A DNA stretch of 64,000 nucleotides from Laetmonice hystrix (Eukaryota), in the NCBI GenBank assembly GCA_965235115.1, contig OZ249452.1, positions 7,998,001 to 8,062,000 on the forward strand, written 5' to 3'. The translations under genes and the position numbers were made by a program. The notes beneath the pieces are model-generated. The model was not told the origin of the DNA. It made no database searches and worked only from the letters and a program-made list of their open reading frames with translations. Positions 53,074 through 64,000 of the stretch are shown here, one piece after another (the stretch's first letter is position 1; every line of letters starts with the position of its first letter).

Positions 53074-54174
53074 TTATAAGTGTGTTATATACGGTCCGTC
53101 ATGTCCGTCATCAGTCATTGCACGTGACAGGGCCTCAGCTTCAATGACAGCGATGGAGTCTCTGGTCGCGTCCCGCTGAGTTCTCCCCGGCCTAGCGTTG
53201 TACATGGAACACCGACATACTTCAACAAGCTTATCCCTGAACAACTTCCCGCTCAAAATGTAGAGTAGGAAGTTTATAGCGTGATTCAGCACCAGAATGA
53301 GACGCAATAAGTAGCTGCTAGTTTGACTGAGAAACTCTCTGTCCTTGCTGAAGAGCGAATCTAGCCACCACGTTAGGGTCAGCGGTAGTGACGTCACAAG
53401 GAACGTCACACTAACCAATAAAAGCATACCTGTCATTCGCCGCGCCTTGGTGGTAGCCAAAGCGGTCGGTGTGTTCTTTAGGATGCGTTGTAATTTGTCA
53501 TTCCGCCTTATTGCAACAAGTGTGATTATGTTACAAGTTAGGATTATAGTTGAAGGAACCACGCTATAGACCATCATCCAGAAAAACAAATAAAGCGACA
53601 CATAATGTCCTTCGCTAGAAAAATAACATATTTTTTCTGTCTCAACTTGCTGAAGTTCGTATGTAAAGAATACATGAGATTTCACGGCAGCCATGACGAT
53701 GACTATAAGAGCCATCCAGCGATATGTAACCCGTGAACTGCACAATATTTTGACCTTCAGGGGTTTTTTAACAGCTAGGAGTCGTTCTATGGTCACAGCT
53801 ACGATAAACCACGCACTTGTAGCAGGGGGTGCCCACGACAAGAAGGCCCAGACTTTGCAGATGGTGTTGGATACGAGATTTGGTTTAAATCCCAATATTA
53901 TATCAAAGCTCTCAAACGTGGGCCTCGCCGTCCAAACATAGATAGAGTCGGAGATATTCAGGGCGATCAAAAATGGAACTGGACCAAGAGTTTTCAACTT
54001 CACCAGAACAATGATGGCTAACATATTGCCTGTTGTCCCAAGAAAAGCAATCAGAATTGGTATAACACGATAGAGCAATTTGCCCTCAATCCTTCGCTCT
54101 GTAGGCTCCGAGGAATTGCTGAGTAGAGTAAGATTACTGGTCCAAGTCTCCGAGGTGAATGTCTCCTCCGTCAT
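53074..54174 (-). CDS. Intronless class A GPCR of the same broad family as the 4-10 kb cluster
   Basis: 366 aa from ATG 54174, N-terminal NLT/NSS sequons, GN, LNISD, CK, ERL at the DRY position, NHAINFLLY. Confidence 0.92.
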   Translation of the reverse strand: MTEETFTSETWTSNLTLLSNSSEPTERRIEGKLLYRVIPILIAFLGTTGNMLAIIVLVKLKTLGPVPFLIALNISDSIYVWTARPTFESFDIILGFKPNLVSNTICKVWAFLSWAPPATSAWFIVAVTIERLLAVKKPLKVKILCSSRVTYRWMALIVIVMAAVKSHVFFTYELQQVETEKICYFSSEGHYVSLYLFFWMMVYSVVPSTIILTCNIITLVAIRRNDKLQRILKNTPTALATTKARRMTGMLLLVSVTFLVTSLPLTLTWWLDSLFSKDREFLSQTSSYLLRLILVLNHAINFLLYILSGKLFRDKLVEVCRCSMYNARPGRTQRDATRDSIAVIEAEALSRAMTDDGHDGPYITHL

Positions 54175-56304
54175 GGTTAGGTCAAATTAGAATTGGTGAG
54201 TTATTGTGTTGACTCTCCTAGACAGGTTGGGGCCTGGCCCAACTTATCTTATGAACCCAAGGTAGGCTCTCTTGAGTCGAAACCCTCGAGGAGTGTGCAG
54301 CATTTCGTCAGAAACTGAGGACAAACTGACGTCATCTCCGACCTGTTTAGAGGAACCAATCAGGTATCTATACGTCTCTGTGAAGCTTCCTGATTGGCTA
54401 CGCTCTCTGGTCTCGGGTATATCCTGGTTTGAGTGGAGCGCTTCCGGTAGTCCATTGGGCGAACCCACCAACAGCACAGCAGGCACTCTGTGCCTAGGGA
54501 GTGGACAGTTTACGGTCTATGCTTCAAATTTAAGCAGGATCTGCTACGAGATGGCAGCACCAGTCACAGTGTATGGGGCTGAGGGCTCAAGTCAGATATA
54601 GAATCCCCCACGGCCGTATCACTCCCACATCATAGCATTACGAAAACGGAAGTCCTTCCACCGAACTATTCGGCAGCCTACTGACTTGTGCCGGGCTGAG
54701 TATCTGAACTACAACACAGCCTCCTTTAAAATGCTCCGTTAAATACCGGGGACCCTTTACGTGCCCGTTACAAAACACTAGTTAAAGGGAAGGGTTTTAG
54801 TGGGTGGGAATTTATTATGCAACGCAACATCCGGGTAACTGACTGTGCGCGGAGGATTTAATAACAAGCGGGACTTATTATGATGGGATGGGTACACAGA
54901 TGTGTAAATATGTGCATTGTGTGTCTAGATCAATCTTCACGAACACTTTACAAGACCTACAAAGTGGTCCATAAATAAATTAGAGCACACTGTCAGTTCT
55001 GTCTCTCCCCGCTAGGAGGCGTCGATAAAACACGTCCCGCTGTCCAGGGACCCACAATGGGCATGACAGCAGTGGTGAGTCGTTGCTAAGAAACGAGTTG
55101 CTTGTCTTGACATGGCAAGTCATGAAGGCTTCCTTTTACATGTCTGGGAGGGAATAAAACACCGGGGATGCGCTCTCGGCTATCAAGAACCCAAGGACAG
55201 GACAAGAGTTTGGGCCATCGGATTTTCTTCGGAGGCTTTGTAGGTGAAAAAATCTCAAATCGCTGCTAGGCCCCAGAGGGGGAAAGTGGGTAATTTGGAC
55301 CCCCTAAGAACAAATCACAATAACAGCTTAATTATTGACAATATTATTCTTGACTTTTACTAAAATGACACCTTCCAGGGGGTACATTATAAGCCTAAAA
55401 ATAGGCTGTAGGGGGGGAACGTGATTTTGAAATGTCGGGTTTCCCAATGGATGTTATCAGAAAAGTGTTTTAGAGAAAACAAAATGGATGATTCATGCTT
55501 GATTGATCTGCTCTGAAGCAGAGACAGAGTTATATTAAGGAATAACCTTCCTAGTAGAATCATGTAACAACAGAAATTGAGAGAGGAAAGTAGGGAATTG
55601 ACGAATGAAGAACGGCTCAGATTGTTGTTCTCCAAAGTCCTTACCGGACTCTACAGCTATGATGGAACTGCCAAAATCTAGGCTGACGATACTAGTATCT
55701 TATAACATATAGCAGTGCATTGGCCTATTGGTTGGTGAGAGCAGATCTTTTACTTTTTATAGACGAATAAACACAAAGATAAAGATATCAGATCAACATA
55801 TACGACCTCTCATGGCGCCATCTATCGTTATAAAAAAACATAGACGTAGATTATATAGTCAGTGTAGGTCTATGAAAAAAATAAGTCACACAATATGTGG
55901 ATGGGAAAATATTTGGTCTTAAAGTTGTATTTTTGGCCAAAAAGGGTCGGCCTCACCAAAGCATAACTCAGTCCTGACAAATAGCACCATTCCCAAACTT
56001 TGGTAGTTTGTAGAACTGATGTTGGTACACAACATAATCCAAGAAGTACTTTGGAGTCTCATTTGATTCCTCGAAGATTTTGCGATTGTGTTTTTTTTCA
56101 GTTTTTGGCCCCTCCTAGGTACATAAGGCCCCCTTCTAGCATGCCTTATTCCCTGTTTCCTTACTGTCTAGGTAGGGGAGAGTCACTCCAGAAAAAAATA
56201 GCACTTAATGCTACTAAAAGCCAATGATATGATATTGCCTGATAGTACGGGGGCGATTTGGTCTTGTCGAGAGATTTCCCTAAATCCATAAAGGTTCTGA
56301 TAGT

Positions 56305-56447
56305 TATACCTTTAGGGGTCTTTGTACCATGCCCTGCCCGCCTCATAAAAACCTTTAGGGGTATTTATACCATGCCCTGCCCACCTCATAAAAACCTTTA
56401 GGGGTATTTATACCATGCCCTGCCCACCTCATAAAAACCTTTAGGTG
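56305..56447. repeat. ~49-bp tandem repeat x3
   Basis: cctttagggg...ccatgccctgccc(g/a)cctcataaaaa is repeated. Confidence 0.8.
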
Positions 56448-59400
56448 TATTTAGACAAATTAGTGAATGTGAAGGCCTTACACATGCATAGTAGGCTACA
56501 CACAGGAGTTCAGCCAATTCGCGAGGGACGGGAGCATAGGCCTAATAGACATAGACGCACACGAAATGAGATTCGTGTATAGACTACGCCAATATTATAG
56601 GCTATAGCCTATAATATGGACTATAGTCCATAATTTTAATAGCCCTAGGCCTAAGCCCATGCTAAACTAACTCCAGCTTGTCTATACGGAGGGGTAGCCC
56701 TAGCCTAGGCTTAGGTACGCCTAGGCCCGGCCGCGAAATTTTTTTTCCCACATTAGTTCTGGACCCCCCATTATCATACAGCCAATCAGAAACAGGCACA
56801 CATATGGCTATGGAATACCGGCGACGACATGCGAGATGCGAGACAGTGTGTTTGGGTTAGGGTAAAGGTTAGGCCTAGGGTTACAGGCCCGTAGGCTGGG
56901 GGGGGTTACTTGGGTTACTCGTAACCTACCCGCAGAGCCAGCCAAGGTCCGCCTAGTCAAGATAAAAAGGTCTGCCCATGCAGGGGCGTGGATCCGATTT
57001 TTCATTTGGGGGAGGGGGCACAAATATGCCCCGCCAATTGAAAAGATGCATTGTTGTTAGGCCTCCAATATTTCATTTTTTTTTTTCTGGGGGAATATGT
57101 CCCGGACCCCAGATGCAGACCCCCCTAGCACGCCCATGTTCAATATGACCTGACCAGGGGCAGAACTGCACTGCCACTGGTATCTTAGAAGGGGCGAGAA
57201 CCACCCGGGGGGGGGGGAGGTTACTTCCTAATCCAATCTTCCTTGTATACTGTGCCTGAGTAATTGCTCTCAGATTTCTGAAACGGCCAAAATGCCCCCA
57301 GAATGCACCATTTATCTTCTAGTTTTAAAAAAAATTCCTTCCGGGGGGAGCATGCCCCCGGACCACCCTACAAACGCTTCGTGCCTAGGCCTATGGTGCT
57401 CCCTACAGTGGCTTTTGCTGCTGCATTTCACATTCTTAAACGTTGGAACCACTGGTATTGGAAACCAGTTTCAATATCAGTGCATGGTCAAGAAACAGCT
57501 CTGGATCCATCCCGTGCAAATTTATGGAACTCATTTCACTATAAGCAGTGCACCCCCCCCCTCTCGCCCCATGTGCCCTTTTCTCTCCCCCTCAAGTGTC
57601 TTTTTTTATTTTTATGAAAGATATTTAAAATTTAAATGTCCAATTGTCTAGGCCTATTATAGCCCTAAAGGCTGGTCTATATCGTGTATTTGGCACTGTA
57701 ATTTAATTTTTTTTCTGGGGGAGGGCCCCCCCCCCCTTCATGGCTTCGCGCCTTCGGCGCTCGCACCCATGGGGACATCCCCTTCACCAAATTCAATGGA
57801 TTCGCCCCTGACTGCCCCCACACTCAGACATTTCTAACTACGGCCCTGTTAATATGTGCATAGGTCTATAGGCCTATGCCACTTTTATTTGACTGTTTAG
57901 GCTATACTCACTGGGGGGGGGGGGAGAAAGTGCCCTTTTTCGATAGCACCCCCCCCCCCACCCCCCACCCCCGTTTTGAAAATCATGGATCCGCCCCTGA
58001 TACATAACCCACCCATTTTCAGACCAGCCTACGGGCCTGGGTTAGTGTTAGTTTTCATAGCCCAAAATTATTGTTAAATAGATGAGCAGTGGATCTTAAT
58101 GTGGGTGTCAATAAGAAACATTCACTGACACTGTTCGGTCCCATATCGCGAGCGATAGAGTCTGGCGTTCACTGATTGGCTAAAGCTAGAATGGGGTCCG
58201 GAACTAATGTGGGAAAAAAAATTTCGCGGCCCGGCCTGCTATAGTATAGAGGAGTCTAGATCTATTGGATCCTTGGCCAGAGGCGATTATTGGACCCTAG
58301 GTGTAGCAGCCTGTCGGTTGCTGTCCGACACACACTGCCGGGTACAACCAAACATAATGGAGATCAATCTGCAGTTTTTTGACGGTTTGTTTGTTTGTCT
58401 ATTTTAACATATTTTCATGAATTTGCCTCGGTGGGTCTCGAATGGTCTGAATGACGTCATGCCTGTATGACGTACAGAAGCCACTGATCAAAGACCGATG
58501 ATATAAACATTGGTAAACGCCACCTGTCAACGAAACGTTGAATTAATCGCGCTCAGCCCGACAGATGGCGCCATCTCTGCTTCAGCCACGGTAGCATGCA
58601 GCATGTGCACCTTTTGCGTCAAACCCGTAGTCAGTTTCGACCCGCCTATATTTCAGGAGAATAAGCGAAGAAGAGATCAAATCAAACTCTTGGAGAGCGA
58701 GTGGACTTTAGATAATTTTAGACAATAAAGGCAACTTGTCTTATGGCAATAGGCCTACCAGTTTCACTGCTCCAGGCTCGTCCTAGGCAACGTCAGGGGC
58801 ATAGCTTGTTTTACCGGAAGTAGGCAGGCCTATAGGAAATTGGTGCAATACATAGCCTACCAAGTCCACAGAAAAATGTGTCCAATACCGCAGGATTGGG
58901 CACGTTTTTTGCCAACTCTACCGGTTTGGGCGGTACAATAGCGTTTTTCAAGCTCTGATGCTGCCTATCGCATTAAAGGGTCGGATTACTCAAATATCTA
59001 CCGCTTTTGTCATTTTGTTCCACAGGCATAGCCTACTTCATGCAAAAGGTAAATAAATATGTTCAAAATTTGACTTTTTGACTGAACTTGATGCACATCG
59101 GCCTAGCTTGCTACACAGGCGAGAAAAAGATCTACCGCATTTTTTACTATGCTTAAAATTGTGACACACAAAACGTCTTCCCTAGCATTGTACCATTTTC
59201 ACATTTGGTTGTAAAACTATCCTTTTATGTTGCCCTTACATTAACCAATTCTCCCACTATTGTAACAATGTGATCAATTTTAGACAGGAAAACTAATATT
59301 TAAAAAACAACAATCATCGCAATGTCATTTTAACCGTATTTTATTTCTGGTTACACCTTTTTTTCCAACCGGCCTGACCACAAATTTACCACATGCAACA

Positions 59401-61109
59401 TGTTCTTCTTACGTCTCCTTTTACCTCTGTTATACGTGTATGAAGGAAAATGATCAGGACCAACACTTATTACCTTTCCTGTATTGTGATCTATACCTTC
59501 TATTCTATATCTTCACATTTTCTGGTTGTTATGTTATCAAGTTTTGTAGCACCCCACACCCTAATGGTTGAACAAAACTAAATTCCAGGTCGATCGTATT
59601 AACACAAGCTCCAGTGGAGGCTCTAGAAGTGCAAGGGGTGCACACCCCCTTCAGTTTTTTGGGTGTTCTATGACCCAAAGGTGGACCCTAATAAAGATGT
59701 TTTTTGCTTGTTCCACCATCCCCCAGACAAAAACCGGTAGGTAACACACACACCCCTCCTCCTTAAAAAAATTCTGGATCCGCCTCCACACACCACGCGG
59801 CAAGTTGTGGACATTCTTACGGTATAGTATCTTATATACGTGAGCTAACATTAGTCTTAGCAAGGTCACCCTCAATGATTTAACTGCTCTACAGCAATCT
59901 ATACATAAAATTACCACAGTGGCACTTGGTAATTTTAGAATGTCGCACAGTTATACAGAGTAGCACCTAAAGAGGCGTTTAGCGCGGTAATACCCCAAAA
60001 AAGTATTTTTTTGATGATTAACAATTTCATCAACATAAAAAGGCAAAAAAGGCATGATATACTAACTTTTGCAGACACAATCACCACTGCCTGAACAGCT
60101 CAGTTAGGCCCCGTCAAAGATAATTTGGGACATGTCCCATTCTATTTGATTTGAGCTGAACACTAGAAACAACACATTCTGATGATAAAATAACATGTCA
60201 CCTTTAATTATTTTTCCATAGCACACGGTCAAATCATCTCCGTCTAGATATTACTCACTCAGATCCGTAGCGGCCAGAAATTTTAACTCACACTTTGCAG
60301 TTGTAAAATTATAAACGTTCACTCCACACAAAAATGGAATCACCCTATCATGCACCCATTTCAAAGTCAAGTTCATACAACTCGATAAAACAAACAATTT
60401 TTATAAACCACCCTCACCGTATCTACAAGCTATAAAATTACCGACCAGTCGCTACATTTTTCTTGCACTAATACCGTTGACAAATTAAGTAGCACTGTCC
60501 AGTAAATTAGATACTACAAGATACTTCCGAAAAGCACCAATGAAATCGGTGTATAAGCTATATGCTTTAAATTCTAAATAGCCAAAGCTTATAATTAAAA
60601 GGCAGTTCAGTTTAGTTCTAGATAACCCTAAAGGGGTTTTATTTTCTATATAGAAATGCGGGCAATATGGCTCAATAATTTCATAAATCTTTTCTTAGGT
60701 ACTAAAGTAATATATATGTATACTAATAACCATTTACATCATTTAACAACAATACATTCACATGTATATGAAAGGTTTATATATACTCTACCACTAACCC
60801 CTCAGCTACATGGACCGAATTCGGAAGATCTGGCTTGTATAAATCGTCATACATCGAACTGCAGGACGTCACAGGAAATAGAACAACACATTAGGGAACT
60901 CAATTCTATAGTTATATAAAACTATATGTTTTCATGCATACAGAGCCTACATTACTGCCTGTGCCTTGCTGACTAGAATGAATGAATTCTAGATTATTGA
61001 GATATGTACATACAGTGTACATGGGCTCAAAACATACCAAGACATACCAAGCAGTGAATTCACTAATTTCATTGGTTGATGTATTGTAGTTCCAGGTTTT
61101 TATCACTTG

Positions 61110-61320
61110 TTTCGCTTTTAGTGAATTATGTGTAAAGACCGGTTTATAGTTCGTTTTTAGTGAATTATGTGTAAAGACCGGTTCATAGTTCCTTTTTAAT
61201 GACATATAAACCGGTCTTCTTATGTATAAAGACCAGTTTATAGTTCGTTTTTAGTGAAGTATGTGTAAAGACTGATTTATAGTTCGTTTTTAGTGAATTA
61301 TGTGTAAAGACCGGTTTATA
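61110..61320. repeat. ~39-bp tandem repeat x ~5
   Basis: atagttcgtttttagtgaattatgtgtaaagaccggttt is repeated with variants. Confidence 0.8.
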
Positions 61321-61984
61321 TGTCGTTTAACCTGCACCTGACTCAACCCCCACCCTGAATGTACGGTGCCTCAAAAGGTACAAACTGACGCAGATAATTT
61401 CTTTAGCTTAAGTCAATTTCCTTGCCTTTGTGGTGAAATTCTGTGCCTTCATAGAAACTTTCTCTTCTGATAATGCATATTTTCATATACATTTAATACC
61501 CCCTGGTACTTCAATGTTACAACCTTCGATCTAAGATACTAGGAGTATTTCAAGTAGGATTAACGGAAATATAGCATTGATTTGGCAGATCAAACCTTAG
61601 CAAGAACCAGTACCTGTACATGGATGAGATATATAGCAAATACCTTACAAAAGGTATGTCAACCAACAAAACCACAGGTAGAGATTTGTAAAAGACCATT
61701 AAAAATTTGAGCATTTTCATGCAACTATACGGTACCCATATCTATGAATACACATCAGGCCCATTGGGTTAACTTTTTACAATTAACTACACCATACTTG
61801 GTGCTGAATTTTAGTAACATTTTATATATTGTACACATTTATCGTACACAATGAAGATCTTCCTTAAAAGCCAAAATCAAATATACCGTTACAATGACAA
61901 AATTCATACAAAATTGTTGGTCTCCCATTGAACACCCCATATAGCGTATAAAACTCTGCTCCGTTTAAAAATGTCGGAAAATGG

Positions 61985-62149
61985 TTATAATTCATCGTGT
62001 TTGGGGCCGCTGAACTCGTCATGTGAAATAAATCCATCTCTATCCTTGTCTTCCTGTTGGAATATGTCGGTTACCATAGTGTTGTGCTCCTCGTCTGCGG
62101 TCGGGTCCATCTTGGCTGTTTTCTCCTGCTCGCGGATAAACTTGGAAAC
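61985..62149 (-). CDS. Last exon of an FKBP14/FKBP7-like ER-luminal peptidyl-prolyl isomerase (EF-hand plus HDEL)
   Basis: Acceptor ctcccag| then VSKFIREQEKTAKMDPTADEEHNTMVTDIFQQEDKDRDGFISHDEFSGPKHDEL*. Upstream exons were not found in the window. Confidence 0.85.
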   Translation of the reverse strand, partial: VSKFIREQEKTAKMDPTADEEHNTMVTDIFQQEDKDRDGFISHDEFSGPKHDEL

Positions 62150-62273
62150 CTGGGAGGGAGAAACATATTAAATTATTAATGGTGAGGAGACAGTGATAAG
62201 TCCTTGTATCTCATTTATAATAGTCCAGTTGTCTCCCGGGAGGGTGACTGAAAATCTAACACTCATTGAACTA

Positions 62274-62608
62274 CAGGGTGAGTAAAAAAAAAAACTACAA
62301 TGTATACACTCTCAAATAGGGTGATGAATCAGAGATTTTGCTAAATCTGGACAATGTAGTAATTGGTTCCGAAAGAGTAACTCTTGTGCTTCAATTTGGT
62401 AGTTGATCCACTCAGATGCGACCAGTAATAAAGAAATACTTGCCATTTTTCACAACCCCCTAAAATACCACTTACGCCAAGTGAGACTCGGCCTTTCCAA
62501 TTCAAACAAAGCATGATGGAAGTAATGAAATACATTGAAACAGACCATTGTCATGACTGTCAATTTTGTGAGTGTATACATTTTTGTAGTTTTATTTGAC
62601 TCACCCTG
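62274..62608. mobile_element. Tc1/mariner-type MITE
   Basis: TA|CAGGGTGAGT(A)AAA ... TTTGACTCACCCTG|TA. Another TACAGGGTG end starts near 63848 and runs off the window. Confidence 0.8.
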
Positions 62609-64000
62609 TAGATCAACAGGCGTGTGATGTTGACGGCTGAACTAGGAATCAGGTTTGTAAGGTACCGTCTTTTGATATTTTATTTATTTCAACTATACGA
62701 GAGTATTACCAATAAACAAGAGAATTCTACACTACAGATAAAATACTAATTTGGTTTTTTAAATCACACAATTCACAAAATGATTGGATAGATTATTTTA
62801 AAAGGTGATCTGATTCAAAATATTACCCTTTTGTAGAAAGTAAAACAACTCCAAAAGTAATAGAGATAAGATACACTTGTTTACTTGAATATTACCCGAA
62901 TATTATCTAAATCACAATCAGAAAATTCTGCCTCATGGACAAAAACCACACCAAGCTCGAGTCAAATCTCATGATAAAGTTAGGGTTAGATTTGGTTTGA
63001 TTTACACCACAGAAATAGTTCATAAGGTCATAAGGGGGTGGTACGTTTGATTGGTGGGAGTATCCGGACATAATACAGGGGTGGAGAGGAGGGGGTTAAC
63101 ACTGTACCCCTATCTTTAGCCACCCATTCAACCTCACCATCTTTGTATGTAATCAGGAAGGTGACGTGGTTCTATGACAAGACCTTTTTCAGAGGAAATG
63201 TCACAGAAGTGTGCATTTTGTAGACATTTAATGCCCAAAGATTACAGCTGCCATAAAGACAGAACAATGCAGCGCACGTCGTTGGCATTAAACGACGTTG
63301 CACTTTCACAAGCCCTGCCATTTTTTCCATTTTCTTTCAAACCATGATGGATGCTGCATAACCTCACTAATAACCCAAAAAAGCGTGCTCTTGGGTGTCG
63401 GGATATTTCAAGCAAATCAAAGGAGATCATTAAAATTATATATAAAACCCCTTTTTACGATCTTTACCTATCGCCTTTCTCCCGTTGGACTTTGTGTGTA
63501 TGTTTCTCAGAACGATTTTTCTCGGACACACCCATACGAAAAAAATATAAACGTATTAAAACATATGTATGTGCAACTCTTGAGGTGCACTTAGGACAAG
63601 GGCAGGGCATTGGCGCACGGGATGCTGTGGGTGTGGGTTTGGTTGTCGGTGTCGTTTCACTAAGACTGTACGAGCTCGTATATGGCCTTATAGCTCGTAA
63701 AGAAGCAAAAACTCGTACATTTTGCTATTATAATCTATAGAAAGTATGAGCTCGTGAAAAACGAGTGTTTAGTGAAATACGGAGGCAGGGCAATGGCGCA
63801 CGGGATGCTGTGGGTGTGGGTTTGGTTGTACGGTACTACGGGTACTCATACAGGGTGTATCAAAAAAATAAAAAAAAAGGAAAACAGATATAATTGTTCA
63901 ATATGTGAAGAATACATACTGTCATTTAATAAGGGGGCTGGCATAAGGACAAGATATCTGATCAGAATAGCTCCTGTTTTTATGATGAAGGCCAAAATCA

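Noticed and set aside
58460-58830. Housekeeping promoter (CRE, YY1-like AGATGGCG, ETS CCGGAAGT)
   Set aside because: Motifs are short and no associated first exon could be identified.

Overview
Eukaryotic genomic DNA from an invertebrate animal: GT-AG introns, two N-gaps, many TTAA/TA MITEs, no prokaryotic features. The marine deuterostome-like origin is inference. From left to right: (1) a young DIRS/Ngaro-type retroelement with split direct repeats (A..B-A-B). It has a 60-aa CCCH zinc-finger mini-ORF, a canonical -1 frameshift signal and an intact RT-RNase H ORF, but no tyrosine recombinase and no full gag. (2) A tandem cluster of intronless class A GPCRs (2 intact, 2 decayed) interleaved with Kolobok-type MITEs and a LINE fragment. 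(3) An 11-exon membrane mucin (signal peptide, Thr-rich repeats, SEA, EGF-like, TM, tail with five Y-[DE]-x-[VI] motifs). (4) A Shisa-like/STMC6 gene with PY motifs. (5) A 7-exon divergent type II pantothenate kinase-like gene. (6) A calcyphosin-like EF-hand gene with two alternative first exons. (7) A further intronless GPCR. (8) The last exon of an FKBP14/FKBP7-like ER protein ending in HDEL. Gene models were assembled by hand from splice-site and phase consistency. Family names rest on recalled motifs, not on database searches.
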